Shown: piece by piece, positions 11,512-27,200 of the stretch
How the letters are laid out: every line of letters begins with the position of its first letter
Position numbering within the stretch: the stretch's first letter is position 1
NCBI RefSeq assembly: GCF_037042905.1
Contig: NC_087259.1
Span: forward strand, 22,878,001-22,942,000
Reading direction: 5' to 3'
From: Lytechinus pictus
Lineage: Eukaryota
Length of the DNA: 64,000 nucleotides
The notes under the pieces: model-generated
Told to the model about the DNA's origin: nothing
Databases searched by the model: none
What the model saw: the letters and a program-made list of their open reading frames with translations, nothing else
Program-made: the position numbers and the translations under genes

Positions 11512-12183
11512 AACCCCTCAAAATAAGTTTGGAAATCTTGAGTTTGGCCATTATTTTCTCTGAACTCCCAATTCTACACAATGCATATTTGATATTATTC
11601 GAAAGATCATTTAATTCTCTTTAAAATGATACCATGCTTGTTATGATCATGCCATCACGAAAAGAGCAGGATTCAAAAGTGTTGGATGAGGTCTGAATTG
11701 AAAAGCTGCAAAACGAGCAGAAATGGTCAATAAAGAACATGCTTGTTTTGTCTGTGTCAATAGAGATGAAAATCCGTTCAAATCAAGCCCCTGCTTCTTC
11801 ATTTTATTATGGTGGTTTTGTGAGATAACATGGTTTGAAATACCAATGCATGTTTGTTTGTTATGTGTTTGCTTGTGCAGAGGTGTGTTTGATTCCATGT
11901 TCATATGTTGATGTTAAGGTGCATGAAAACAAAAGAAACCGCTAAGAAACTCACTCATCACCACGGGAAAAAAAGAACAGTGACTTTCAATCAATATTGT
12001 GTCATTTTGCAACTTTTGAATTTTGACCTTGCCTCCATGTAAACCATGATCATACCATGTAGGGTATCATTTTAAAGAAAATTAAATGATCTATTCATTG
12101 GTATCAATCACACATTAATATCCACTAAAACTGAGGAGGGATTATCGATCAAAATCAGATTTCCAAACTTTTTTTGAGGAGTT
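11512..12183. mobile_element. Degenerate TA-flanked MITE (Tc1/mariner-like)
   Basis: AACCCCTCAAAATAAGTTTGGAAATCT / AGATTTCCAAACTT(T)nGAGGAGTT inverted ends with further internal symmetry. Confidence 0.6.
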
Positions 12184-13959
12184 TATTTCATAAGTATTTT
12201 CCTGCATAACATATATGCTGTTGCTCAGGTTTGCCTCTAAATATATCTGTGAGAGGTTCGCCATGATTAAGGAATAACCTGATGAAAACAATTTGCTTCA
12301 TAAATTGCACAAGGACAAAAAAAAGGTTTCAAGCATGTCTGTCACTTTCTCTTCATGAATTGTTTTTTTAATTATTTTTCATATAGAGCATTCAGGAGCT
12401 ATAATTGTTTTCTTCTGGTTCAAATTTAGATCAATAGAAGATGGAATTTTACTTTAAAGAGTGGCGGGCAACCAAATACTCTCTGATAACTTAGTAAAAC
12501 AGAGCTTAGCAATGATACTGAAAATTGATCGCACATAAGGGTTTGATGCAGTTAATCATCAATCCTTTAAAAAAAAGGTTGCCAAGCTACATGTTATAAG
12601 GGTTCATGTACAGGGGATATGTGAATTTCACTGCATGCAGTATTATTACGTAAAACTAAATCACACTTTTAACAGTATTCCCCCCCCCCCCCCCCCGGAT
12701 GTGCCTTTAGATGATAAAGAAAAGAAAAATAATCCATTCTAGATAGATGTTTTCAGATAAGACCCCCAAAAATAAATTAGCATATTCAGGTGAGTTCATC
12801 TCTTGAGCATTTGAACTGAACATTAGTACCGCCTATGAAACTTTTGTGTTTCACCCTGCTTGTATGTTTTGTTTATGGAATGTGTTTGTACATATTGGAA
12901 TGTATAATTTATGCATAGACAGTAATCTTTGCTTCAAATGGTGCTATACGAGTTCATTAAGATGTGAAGGAATCATTATAAGTCATTCCAGGGTCATCTT
13001 TATTCTTTATGTAATAATGTCAATTTATAAAAATCAAGCTGAACAATAGAAATTAAGGTATAACGGTAAAGAGTGATGTCACATTTAGAATGAATTAGGG
13101 GGATTGGTATTTCAGCATCCAGTAGACATGATGAAAACCCATCACAAATCAAATTTGACACAAGGAAGTTCATTTGGGCCCAAGCCTGTGGACACGTGTC
13201 TACCGACATGTACAATGTAATTATACATGTAGCCCTGTTTGAGACAAGTATGTAGAAACATGTTGCATGACTATGTTAATAATCCCACCACTGATTTTTT
13301 GTTCTAAGATGCTGAAAGGGTGTCCAACGCAATTACCAGAGAGCAAGATTAGATGTATTAAATGTATATAAATTATGAGAATTATTATGATAAATGAAGC
13401 AGTTTGAGCTGTGCTCTGAATAAATAGCAAAAGAAATGAAAGTTAACATGTCCTTCTTTACTGATTTATTTTAGAAAAAAGGTTGAATATAAATTAAATA
13501 TATACTCAGGTACCAATAATAATAATAAAACATGCTGTTTTTCAACAGTTTCCTGATTATTCATGTTTGAAGAATGAGGTGTAGAACAGTAGAAACATCA
13601 TTTTACATGAATCATTTTACAGTACATGTACATTTACAAAAGTAATTAAACCATGGTTTGACTTGACTTGAAGAAGTGCAAGTTCACATACAAGAATGTA
13701 TGAGATTAAGACAACATTTTATTTAAATTGGTCTAAAACGTTGGGCTATGAGACTTATGCTTTTATAGACACACTTCACTTAATATGGGCTTAATGGATG
13801 GAGTTTCAAGTTCATCCTCAAAAGGAATGGTCTCCTTCAACACACTGTCTCAGTCTCTACAATATGCAGACATAATACATTATTTCATATATGATAGGAT
13901 TGTAAAACCTGTCTTGACTTAAAACTTTATGGCAGACCAAGTTCTCATTTAATATAGGA

Positions 13960-14450
13960 AGAGGCAGAGTAGAGGGGATGAAATAAAAAGGATGAGAGAG
14001 AGAGAAGGGGGGAAATGAGAGGGAGGTAGGAAGAAAGAGAGGGACAAAAGACAGAATAAGAAAGAGGGTGAGAAAAGGAGAAGTGGGAAGAAAGAAAGAA
14101 AGAGGGGAAAAAGTGAGTTGGAGAAAGAAATATAGAAAAAGAAGAGAGGAGAATAGAAGGAAGATAAGAAAAAGAAAGAGTGAAAGAGGAAACTCACTGA
14201 AAGAGAGCAGGATGCAGAGAGAGACACTTGCTATTATAATTAACAATGGAGAGAGAATGAGAGGGTGCATGATAAAAGGGAGACAGTACAAAAAAACAGA
14301 TGGGAAAGGGGGGAGCTAGCTGAAAGAGGCAAACATAAGGGGGAAAAGAGACTCAGATGGAGAGCGTGAGGAAAAATAGATTAATAGGCACAGAAGGTAA
14401 TTACAAAGGAAAGACAGAGAGAAGAAACAAGATTAGAAATGAAGGGAAGT
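13960..14450. repeat. Purine-rich (GA) low-complexity tract
   Basis: Nearly pure A/G on the + strand. Confidence 0.85.
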
Positions 14451-15089
14451 GAAAATGAGCTGCATGTGGAACGTAGAAGTACATGTAAGTGCAGATTTAA
14501 TACAATGATATCTCGGAAGATAGTGAACAAGCTTACACTCCACAAGCACCAGTCACTTTGGAGGTTTAAAATATCAGTCACATGATCTGTCCTCTTCCAA
14601 TTTAAACAACATGACTCAAATCTTATACAAGAACACATTAATCCCATCATAAAGAGCCCTGCTTTACTTTATGATCCATGATTTTTAATCTTCTGTGAAA
14701 CAAAGAATTATACCCTTCTGGAATATAATTGACCTCTATATGAAAAAGAATGTCATCTTATTTATTTGCAGCACTGGGTCCATGCAAGCTTGACTATACT
14801 ATCAAATGACGCCTGACCATAAGTCATGCACAGGAACACTGAAATATCCTCATTATTGCAAAAGATATAAAGGATCGATACAACACAATCATTTTTCAAC
14901 TGAGTGACTTTAATCCCTTCCATTTTATCAATATCCATATGGCTTGCAATCGGGCCTTTTCTTGGTGACAATGTGCCACAAAATAAATATGTCACATTCT
15001 TTGATCTTGGGACATCCACAGAAATATCCCATATGCATGGTCCTGTTGCCTTTCTATTGCAAATATGTCCACAATGCTCCTATCCATCA

Positions 15090-15259
15090 TCAACTCTCTT
15101 TTCCTTGTGCAACCTGAATGCCATAACGTTCTAGTTCTTCGTTCAGTAGTGTAGAGGGTGCCCCACTCATCAGGTCGTTACCGTCCACCGTCTTGGGAAA
15201 CGCGATGACATCTCTGATAGATGGCTCACCGCAAAGCAACGATATGTACCTATCAAAAC
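15090..15259 (-). CDS. DARS2: DARS2 exon 16 (last)
   Basis: [36 protein letters not shown]...GKES*. Confidence 0.95.
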
Positions 15260-18200
15260 CTGAAGGGGAAAATTGAAAAATTATTATTAAAGCATATTCT
15301 GTATATGCTGCATTGAAATATATTTTACTGGATGATATGCAATTTTAGAGCACTAATTCTCAATGACTACTTGAAAATAGCTGTTATATCACTTGCAGCA
15401 AAAACATATTTGAACGATAGTCAACATTGATTTACATATAGGTAGTCTACTCTTTCCATTCCATAGACAATGAAGTTTTGAATTTGTTTGAATGAATGGC
15501 TAAATGAATGAATGAATAAATGAATGAATGAATGAATGGATATATGAACAAATAAATGAATTAATGAATAAATACATAATTCAAACAATAAAACATTGTT
15601 TGAGAAAAATTGTTTAAAAGTTAAATGGTTGCATCAAGGAATACAGGACCCTACCTATTGCTATTCCTCCATGAGGCGGACATCCCGATTCTAAGGCTTC
15701 TAGCAGATGTGACAGACTGCTGGAATCCTCCTGGAAGAAAAATTGATGAATAAAAATAATGAATGGCCATTCAAAGATCACTGATGGACAAAACAGGATA
15801 GAATGTCTAACAAGTCCTTTTTCTGGAATGCTCCTCTTTGCTTCTCAGCCAAACAAAATCAAGTAAGGTTGTCAGATGACAAATGTTCATGAAACACACT
15901 CCAGGACTCCGAGCACAAACGTTAAATGGACTGACCAATCAAGATCAACGTAAAACACGCATTTAGTTCAAATTACTGACCAGGAACCAATCAAAAGTGT
16001 TCTCTCATATATTTTGATATCGGTATTCATCACAAGGCTTTGTGTTATAGAAACCAGGGTAGTGTTTTTATGAAGCTTCTTGTCAGTTATTTTCCCTGAC
16101 TAATTTGTTTTGAGCCAATCATATGAATGGATTTCAGTAGCTTATAACAGTTTTCAGTAAACATCACTGACTAATTTTGTTTCATGAAAATGCTCCCTAA
16201 GTGGAATACAGTAATACCTGGCCACTTATCTCCATGAGAGAATTATCCTGCTATAATTCACACCACTACCATAAAAGTCTTCAAAATCACCATCACTATA
16301 ATAATAATATCACCATCATCACACCTGCTACCACCATTACAACCTTCAAGCTGCTCCTATTAATAAACATCCCATTGAATCTCACCTTGAGAATGTTTTC
16401 TAAAATGTATCTCTGAAGGTCAGCACGGTGGATACGGATAGAACCTCCAGCAATCTCCATACCGTTCAGCACAAGGTCATAATGTTGACCCTTGACCTTC
16501 GCCATGAAAATAAATGGAATAAATAAGAATAAAAACATGGATGCTAAAACAAATACAACAGCAAAGGTCATTACAATCCTGAATCGATAAAATGCTTGTA
16601 CGTCTGTAAAAACGAGAGGTTCAAATTTACATTTGTTCTTGTATTAAAACATAGTATACATGTATTTTGAAGCTTTTTGAGATGCACTCATCAGAGTAAA
16701 ATCGCATGAATGACTAAAACGCTAGAGCAAAAAATATATATTGGAACCAAAACTAGACAATGGACGCTAAATGGCGAGCCATGATTGGCTGTCAAGTAAA
16801 CAAGTTAGGCTTGCTATTTTTACAATTTTGCGGTACCAAACACTTATGTATTTCCATAAGTTGAAGAATTGCCTAACTTGAAGCATTACTTCAGACCAGA
16901 ATATGCAAAACATACGTAAATAACATCTTCTAAATCAAATTTTGCCTGAGTGGAGTCACCTGTAACTTAATAATAAGAATCCCAAAATCCTATTTGAATG
17001 TATCACTTGTTACCATGCCTTGCAATCCTCTGACAAACTTTTCAGGTTCTCAGGAGTATCCTTTCTTTATAAGGTCTAATTAATTGATAACAAATGCTCC
17101 TTGACCGAGACCACCAACTTCCAATATTCAATGGGTTTCTAATCACCTTGAGGGGGGATGAATAGACCAGTTCTTCTTCTCCTTTCATTGGAGCAGTGAA
17201 CGGATGATGAGCAGATTCAACATCCCCCTGACTCGTTGATTCCTCGTCTTTAGGTAAGAAAAGTGGAAAGTCTTCCACCCATAGGAAGTTAAATGATGAC
17301 AAATCACGGACTGATACACCTGATAAAAAGAAATGAAGTATAAAAACATTGAATATAATGGCTGGAATAGAAATTGGAATAGAATATTCATATATAGCAA
17401 GTTGAATATGAAGTAAAATAGAGAGGTTGAACTGAAAGTTTGAATAAAATCCATAAAGTTTATACACTAAGATGAATAGAAATTTGAATAATTGTTGAAT
17501 GGAAAGTTTGAACAAAATGGTAATTTATAAAGGTAATACAGAAAAAGAACTTTGAATCAAGGTGTTGAAAATAAAAGATGAATACAGACCTTAAACAGAA
17601 ATGTTGAACAGTAAATAGAAGGGTTAAATAGAAAAGAATAAATACTGTATAATGTGTGAGAAAATCACAAAATGCTCATGTTTAATGCCAGATGACGCAA
17701 TAGTTATTATTGACAGCCATCAAGCAAATGCTTGTTAGTCGCTTTCTTGTTCTTTTGTTGAAACTCGTATTTTATTATTAATATTGATATACTTTTAGAT
17801 GAGCAAAATTAAATTGCTAGCACATCCCCCCAAAAAAGTGCCCATACATATCTAAAAATTCTGATAAGGACAGTGCTCACCCTTCTCTTCCAGAAGACTG
17901 GCAGCCTGTAACCTCACATGTCCAAGTATTTGATTCTGTAGGAATAAGCATGAGCCAAATAAAAGACAAAATAAGAGACGGAGAGTCAAGCACATTTGAT
18001 AAACACTTTCAAATTAGTGACCATGTATACATCAACATTAAAGGTGAAACCAGAGAAATACAAAATACAACCTTTCAAACAAGATGGACAACCTAACATG
18101 ATAAAAAGCTCATCAAAATTTTGAGGAGAATGGAGCTAAAATGGAAAGATGTATTATGCAATGTAATATAATATTACATTGCACTATTTAAAATTAATTG

Positions 18201-21200
18201 AATTGAATTAAATTGAAAAGGCTTTCAAATGTATAATTTTGCCCCTGAGTATCTAAACGTCTTTCAGATTAGCTTCTTGAATTTCCCATTGTTTATTTTT
18301 GTTAGCATACATAAGCTGGGATCCCAAACTGTCTCTTAGGTGTTAAAACCTTTGAAAAAAAATTAGGGACAGCTCAGAAAAGAGATTGATTTAAGAGTTA
18401 TGACACGAGTAGCTGCCTTCATATGGGTAGAAAGACTTCTCTATAGGAATTAGGAGACTATTATCACAGAATATCAGGTTGACATAATAATCATATTTCT
18501 AAAATACAGCTTTTTATAAGCTCCCCTAATTTTTTCCTTAATTTTCAGACGTAAGGTTTTAACGAGCAAGCGACAAAATGGGTTAACTGTCAGATCAATA
18601 TGCATGTGATCCAAGTCTCAAATTTTTCAGATCTTTCTGACTTAAATCATTTCTTTTCAGATGACTTACAATATCCTGTTCTCCTGCAGCAATGAGGAAC
18701 AGGTCACCAGTCTCTGCACCTAGACTCTTTACCAGCCTTTCTTTGACATCATCCCCTACATACTTTGCAATGGGCGACTTCCAAGAGGCTGGGGGTGCCT
18801 CTAACCTAACACCTATCACACCACCTTTCTCCATTCCCAGCTGACTTGCTTTCTTCCTGCCTTCTTCCTCTAAGAGTTCTATGTGCTTCTTCTTCAAATG
18901 ATTCTGTACAAAAAAGCAGACAAGCACTATTTATCATAAACATTCATTATCTGTTAAAGAGCTTTCTCTGTGGATGAGTCTGTAAAATATAAACACATAG
19001 ATAAACATGAAAATGTGGCAATCATCTTAAGTAGGTCTAGAGCTTTCATAGGGTTATGATTTATCTGCTTTAATATGCTCCTCAAATTGACATTATTTCT
19101 TAATTTTGTATTCATTTTAATTCTTTGAAAAAAATCAAATAGAATTCGCAAAATGTTGAACTTAAATAACTATTTTAAATAACTTGTCCAAAAAAACAAA
19201 CAAAAATCTATTATAAATCTGCTACCAGCTAATTAAATAGCATGATTTTAGCAGCTTATTACAGGTGTTTGAACTTATTTTTATTGATATTACGAAGCAG
19301 TTCCCTGGGTGTCCTAAGAAAGATCAACTTACTGTAGCTCCTTTACAGTTGATCAGCTTGATTCTAAAAGATGGTGAACTTGATTGAAATATTGCTGCTC
19401 CACTCCCCTGGAGGATATCGGTGACATCCTGGATCTAAATAAAGATACAAACTGAACAATTACAATCTGGAGGTGTTTCGTTACGGCCACCATACGACTG
19501 TTTGCGATCCAATTTTGGAACAAATCGCATTTGCTCATTTTCTGAAAATGTGAATGGAACATATCATTTTATTTGAGGTTAACATTAATTGAAAGAACAC
19601 TAATATAACCATTTTGAAAGATTGCAAGCCTTTATTTTGGAGTAAAGGCAAAATTTGTTTTAAATCGTAGCCAATCGCACGACTGCTATGACGTCATTAC
19701 GACTAGATATCAAATTCGCTTTTATTCTAAGAAAAATGATAGCATAGTCACAGATTTGAACATAGGTATTCGTACGATGAATTAGAACATTACACAGTAA
19801 GATATTCCAAGTCTCAATATTAGCATCAAATTCTACTACATTTTATTCTGAAATCGAGTCGCAGACCAATCGTAAGGTGTGCGGTCGCCTTAAGAGTTCA
19901 ATTTGACCCACAGTCATGCTTATGTGCTTAATCCTATATAGCCCGGGCTATTTTAAAATTGCATATCCCGTCATGAAACATTACAGCACAATCTTTTTGC
20001 ATTACAGATTTATTGTGAAAAATGTCAAGGGGGGGGGCTGTTTTTTAAGTGACTTATGTTTCAATTGCAGCTCAACTTTCTACAAAGTTTAGCAGGGAAA
20101 AGAGTAGCAGGGAAGACAAAATGTACAGTTCTACTTTGAATAATGTGAGAAAGAATAAAATGTCATGAATTCCACTATAAATGAAAGTATATCCCTACAG
20201 CAAAGCCTAAATGTACATAAAAAATATATTCTACAGCAGGTTATCAACAAATACATTTCTTAAAATACAAAATCTAAAACAGGGGGGGGCAAGAGACACC
20301 TACCTTCATATCAAATCTGGTATCTGGTTTGTCAACCCCATACTGCAAAAAGAATGTTAATAAGTATCATTTCAGGTAAAAAAAACAAATATGAAGTAAT
20401 GCTGGGATAAATACATGTACCCTTCCTTGGCTATAAATTGACCTCAAACCCCCTAAACTAATCTTTTATGTATAAATGAGTCAATTTTCAAATCAATAAG
20501 TCCAATATATAACCTCTATGATCAGGGGCCGTGGAACGGTTTTCAAAGTGGGGGGGGCTGACCATGCAAAAAATCACAATCATATGGTCATTTTTACGTT
20601 TTTGTACACGGTTTTGGAAAAAAGTGGGGGGCTGAAGCCACCCCCCCTGCCCACCCGCTTCCGCGGCCCCTGATGATCTTTGAACCAGGGGTGTGAGTGG
20701 TCACAAATAAAAAGATCTGAAAAAAGCTGAAGAGTGTTGAAAAAGTCTGAAATAGAAAGAGCTCCCATACTTTTTGTACAGAGGAAGGCCAAAAATAAGC
20801 TGAAATTAAGCTGAAAATCAAAACAAAAAAAATCTGAACTCTCACACCCCTGTTGAACTTAATTCCCCCCCCCCAAAAAAAAAAAGATGACATCATCACT
20901 GTTAAATGGATAGAATTTGAAGAATGGGTCAAAGCTGAGTTATGCACTGCTTTATGCATTACTTGTAAACCTGTTTTTTGTGCTAAATCAGGTTATTATT
21001 CCCATCAGCATAAGTTTAAAATCCGATCTTCGAAGATTTAAATTCTTATCATTCCCAAGCATCTGACTGCAAAGTTTATTACGCATCAAATATCCCTCCC
21101 ACTGTATCAATATGAGTAACAATGGGAGTATCTTGTTTGGCGCAAGAACGGGTCAAAAGATACATGCGCTTTAGTATTTAAAAGTCATCCATTTCTTTTG

Positions 21201-24200
21201 AACGGCTTTATGAAACACCCAAGAGGAATACAGACAGCTTGATGGCACAGAACAATAATGCCTCCAGCAACCATCTTATGGTGGGCAAAGACACAAAGAG
21301 GTAAGAATGGGCAGAAAACCAAAGATGATATTAACCTGATTCATTGCATCATCATAGGTCATTCTTGGAAAAGGAATGGTAGGAGTTGGTAATGACTCTG
21401 GCCAAGAGAATAAAATCATTTCCTCAATCAGTTGATAAATCCCTTCTTTGGTTATGAAAGACATCTCAAGGTCAACCTAAAAAAGGGAAATTTATACAGA
21501 AATAACAAAGAAAGGCATTTATTAAATTCCATGGTAATAAAGGTGTTTTAGAGACTTCATAATCAACTAATTAACAGTCTGAGGCAATTAACTTATTTAT
21601 GAAACAAAAGTGTAGATTAAGCTTTTAACAACCACAAATAATCAGAAGCTTTAAAAACTTCAATAGTTGTTTCAAAATGTGTGGATGATAGAACACCTAG
21701 GAAAGGTATACTGTATCTCACAAAATCTCCTGCTCTTTGTTGTTTTATTACACTCCTTTTTTTCCGCAAAAACTAAGAAAAATCTTTTAAATAGGCAACA
21801 CATTTTCAGCTTGAAATTGCCAAAATATCTTCCAAAGTCTTCCAAAGTAGATTGATCATCTACAATTAATTATTCCACCAAGTAATATTACATAGAGAGA
21901 TTTGAGACGTTACCTGGGTGAACTCCGGCTGCCTGTCAGGTCTGCTGCCCTCATCTCTATAGCAACGTGCAATCTGGAAGTATCTATCAATACCGCCAAC
22001 CATGAGCAGCTGCTTGAACTGAAAGCATACATATAAAGCATGAGACAAGATAAAGTACACAGACCAAGTCCCTTATTAAATTGAGTCAGTTAGACTAAAT
22101 CAAAATGAAATAAAACCAGCATAAAAGTGAAAATCTAAAGTAAAATATGATGACTCCATAAATCAATGTCTAAATTTACATAATTTTCTTCAATTGATCA
22201 ATGTCACGATTATCTCAATCAATTCAATAGAATATTAATTCGCAAATAAACTGCCCTGTGCTTCTATAAGCATACATTATCAAACAAACACACATGCATA
22301 CATTTTTCAAGAATCATTAAAAGACGAAGTGCGGCAAGACATATCTATTTACCCCTTTAAAAACATCTGAGTATGTTTCCATGTAAGATGGAAAAAAAAA
22401 CTCTTCCTGTTTTGGTTTGTGTCTACTTGGTCTACAAGCAAATGGTCTAATTCTATAAACATTGCACATAACCATCATTGCGAATCCTACTTGGTCTACA
22501 ATCAATTTGGTCTAATTACCATTTTGTCAAATCACTTTTACTTCGTCATTTAAATGAAAATGTGGTTAATCAGCATCTCTTAATCTGAAGTCTAGTGTAA
22601 CTTAGACCATGGTCTAACTCTGTACTGAAAATAAGGGAAGCCAAAAATGTGAAAAGTTTTTTTTTGCATTATTTATTTCTATTTACTTTGCACTTTCCCC
22701 ATGCTTTGGTGAAGAAAACTATTGTAGTTATTATTTCCTGACAGTTACGAATGTTTCCTGTGTAATATGAGCTGGTAAATTTAAAATGTACTGGACATTA
22801 GAGATTTATGTCTCATTTGGCTGTCCATAGTTTAACCACAGCTTTAGTCCAGACTTTAAATTAAACCCCAACTTCAGAATACAGGCCAGAATTGGTATAG
22901 CCTCACAGGAAATCAGACAAAATGGTATAATAGCAGACAAACAGGTAAGAGATATACTGAGATTGGACCATGTTGGATGAGATCAAAAGAAATATAGACA
23001 AAGTGGGTGTAGACCAAATGGCAATTTAAAACATTTGACACCTCCCCAAAAAATAATCAAACTGTAGTTTGAGGAAGACATTTCTGAATGGGTAATGGAT
23101 TTTGAGCTTCGCCACTTTTTAATACAGTGGAGCTCTCTGAAGTTATGCAATGATAACAGTTTTCAAGACAAACCTGTTGGGGACTCTGAGGGAGAGAGTA
23201 AAACTTCCCAGTCTGTTTACAAGGCACAGGAAACTCTTGGGCACCACCTGGGGTCTTCCTGAACAATGTCGGTGTTTCAACCTCAACAAATCCTAGAATA
23301 CAGTAGATGGATAAAAATAAGAGTAATATTAAATACAGCATTTGTAATGTGCCAATGATCTAGGGAACTACTGGAGGTGCAGAGGAATAAAGAGGAAATG
23401 AGGAAATGCTAAAAGGAAGGAAATATACTTGTACATGTGTATCACATCATCACAAACATGCATTACTCTGACTATAGTTATTTCTGTGAAGGGCGCGCAT
23501 CCTCAGCCAATTATCATAGCAACATCTGTCTGAGGATGCGCTCTCTGATTGATCTGATACCACATTGTAAGCTCCTGAAAAAGACGGAGGACCGTCGAAA
23601 ATTCGAGTGAATAATAAAAACTTCATTGGCAATCAAAGCATTATCATCAGCATTATTTTGTATATTACATAGGTTATGTAGATTCGAATCAGCGATAGGT
23701 TAATACACTATTACAAGACCCTAGCTGCAAGGATCACATTTTTTATATTCTAGGTTTTGATATCACTTCAGTGAATATAAATGCGTAGTATTATAAACGG
23801 CGATGTTATATTTACTGAGGGGATGTCACCAACCGCGTAGCCAGGATTTCATTTTGGAGGGGGCGGTAAATGCATGCGAAGCGTGCCAACACTTACAGAG
23901 CGCGCGAAGCGCGCTCCCTAGGGGGTGGGTGCAGGGAGGGGGAGTTTCCCCCTCCCGTGCGAAGCGCGAAGCTTTTGGTGTTTCATAAATTAAAATTAAA
24001 AGGAGCCGTCTCTCTTGTCTCTAGTACCTATATCAGCTCCATTTCAGTTGACTTTATTGTGATTTTGAACCTTGTTTTCAAAAGTGATTGTGAACGCACA
24101 AAAAGGAATACAATGGAGGAAATTAAAATCATTATAACCCCGCGCGAAGCGCGGAAGCTAAAGCGTTTTATCAATTTTTTTGCCATGAAAAGGGTCCCGA

Positions 24201-27200
24201 GAAAAGGGTATTCTCAAAGATATATTGAATACTTCCCTTGGAAATATCAGATTTGATTACAAACAATTTAGCGACAGTGCATATCTTTAACTCGCAAAAC
24301 AGAGGAGAAGAAGTGTATATGCCGGGAGGAAGATATTCCTCCCCGCGCAGAGCAATAAAACTCTGAAATTTCAAAGGGCGGACGTTTCATCAAATGCAGA
24401 TATATCTAATACCCCATCGGCTCTAATTCAATTGATTTCCTAAGATTATTGAACTTCATTACAAGGAAAATAGTGCGCAAAAAGTTGAAACTTCTGTGAT
24501 TTATTAAAATAATATAAAAAAGGATGCCTAATTTCTTTGACTTATCCTGAAGCGCTTCATTTTGAATTATAAAGAAACCTAAGTGTCATTCAAAATTTCA
24601 AACTGAGGGCGCAAAACAGGACAGGAGATGAATGTGCAGGGAAATAACATGAAGATTAATAGAATTTGAAAAAAATATTGTACTTTTTTATTTAATACGA
24701 CACGAATTTTATACATTCCTCTTTTTAAATTAGGAACCTGTTTGCCCCAAATTATGGTTGTTTAGTAATGACCTGAAAAGCGGGAGAAGTTGACTTTATG
24801 GAGGTGACGGCAGAAATTGATATAAAGATTTTACCCGCCCGGAGCCGACCCGACCAGAAGTTGCGCGATCAATAAAAAAAAAGATAACTTCATATACTTC
24901 GGCCTAACCTTACTCTAATTCCATGCCCTAATCTATACATTTGAACTTTAACTGGCAAGAAACACATATAGCTGAGGTGGAAAAGCAAAGTTAGAGAAAG
25001 GGTGGGGAAACAATTGAGAACTTCAATATTGTCATTTAACCGCGCGCAGCGCGGAAGCAAAATTCATATATAAATTTAAAGCAAGAGTGAAGGAGTTTCT
25101 CTTCTGAGAAAAAAAATAAAGAATAAAAAGAAAAAAAACCTGACAAAGCTACCTTTCTTCCCTTTCTTCCCTTCCCTTTTCCTTTTTTCCTCTCTTTTTC
25201 CCTTCTCTTTTTTCTTTTTGGGGACGTTTTGGGGGGGGCGACCGCCCCCCCCTGGCTACGCGCCTGGATGTCACTTGCTGCTTTTAAGTTGCACACACAG
25301 GTAGTAAACTTGATGTACATGTCAAACACGCACCTGTTGTATTTTTCTATTATGACATAGAAGGATCAGAGTAGTGGCAAGCATTGTGAGCTTATCATAA
25401 GCCATATCATAAATCCAGACTCTGATAGTGAATCTACAAAGACTATATGATATAACAGATAATGCCTGATCTATCTGTTTCATAAATACTGTAACATTTA
25501 AATTCTTTCCGAAACTCTATTTTTCCCTCAGAAGAATATTTTCCCTCAGCGCTTTACGCTTCGGGCATAATATAATCCCTTGGAAAAAACATTACTTTGT
25601 CGGGGAAACAAAATGTTTTATTCAAACTCTAAGGAGGCCATATCTGTATCACATTCAACTCTGGTTTGCCTAAAAAGTAGACAATATGATGATGTATCTC
25701 ACTGTTACAGATATATTATCACCTCAATCATTGGATTTTATCATGCTTACCTCCACAAAGTATAATTCAGTATCCACTCCCTGGAGAATTATTTAGTACT
25801 TAGGCTTACCATGCTGTTTCCTAAGGAATTCTCTCATGTACATGATAACATCTAGACATATCACCCCAGTCACTGCTTGCCTCCACACAATATAAGCACA
25901 ACATCTGCTCCCACCACACAGAGTATGCACTCTATACACTCCCTGGGGACATTATTTCACAGACTTACCATGCTGTTTCCAAAGGAATTCTCTCATCTTC
26001 ATGACAACATCTAGATATATTATCACCCCAGTCATTTAATTCTATCATGCTTGCCTCCACACAACGTAAGCACACCATCCGATCCCACCACACAGTGAAT
26101 GCACTCTATCCACTCCGGGGACATTATTTTACAGACTCACCATGCTGTTTCCAGAGAAATTCTCTCATCTTCATGACGACATCTGATCTGAGTCTGAGAT
26201 TCCTCTGCATCCGTTTACTCCTAAGATCAATGTATCTGAACTGCATTCTCACTGCTTCTGAAACCTGCACATCAAAATTAAGGTTTTTATCAAATTAATA
26301 TTGAAAAGGAAATTACAACTCTTCATGAGGCACCTCTCTTACTTTATGAGCACCTGATTTACAAATTGCACAAACAGACATATTCATGTTTGAAATATCT
26401 GTTGGAAATGAGCCAACTACAAACTGGGGAGCGTTTCATCAACATTTTTGTCTGACAAGTTGTCAGATCTGACAATTTTCCTTGATTCTGATTGGCTGAG
26501 AAGCACTGTGGCTATGGTAACTGTCAAATAAAACAGAACTTGTCGGATAAAACATCCAACAAGTCCTTTCATGAAACACTCCCCAGGTATATTATAGCAA
26601 AAGACCTTCTACATTGGCATCATCATCTTAGAGGTTCAAACCGTTGCTTTACAGGCACTGGTGATCTGTTTACCCATATTTCTATATCCTCTGAGGGAGG
26701 GTGCTATGAGATTATGACATCACATGCATAAAGTCTATAGCACATATTATCAAGATTAATTCACAATAAGTTAGTACCAGGCTGTTAATACATACTTTGT
26801 TGAAGTCACTAAGTTGCACTGGAAGCTGCTCCTTACATGGGTTCAAAAGCTCCACAGAATCTGCAACAATCTCTACGTCACCAGTCCCCATTTCCTGTTC
26901 AAAATAAATACATTTCAAACAGTTAAATGTTAATATCTTCATTCAATTCAATTCATTTATTCTTTTCCATTAAAAAACAACAAAATATGCACAGTTGAAA
27001 TACACATGCATATACAAATACAGATCAAATACATAAGCATAGTAAATTAATATTGTGATAGAAATAAATGGAAAATGGAACACCTGTAGAAAGCTTTTTT
27101 AAAAAAGCTTGTAAATGGCAGGAGTCCAAAAGTTAACAAAATAGAAATACAATAATGATATTGATAATAATAATATTAGATGGCGCATGTATTTGAATTC

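Noticed and set aside
13857-14319. Hydrophobic or Lys/Arg-rich ORFs (also 33708-34152)
   Set aside because: They are translations of GA/CT low-complexity tracts.
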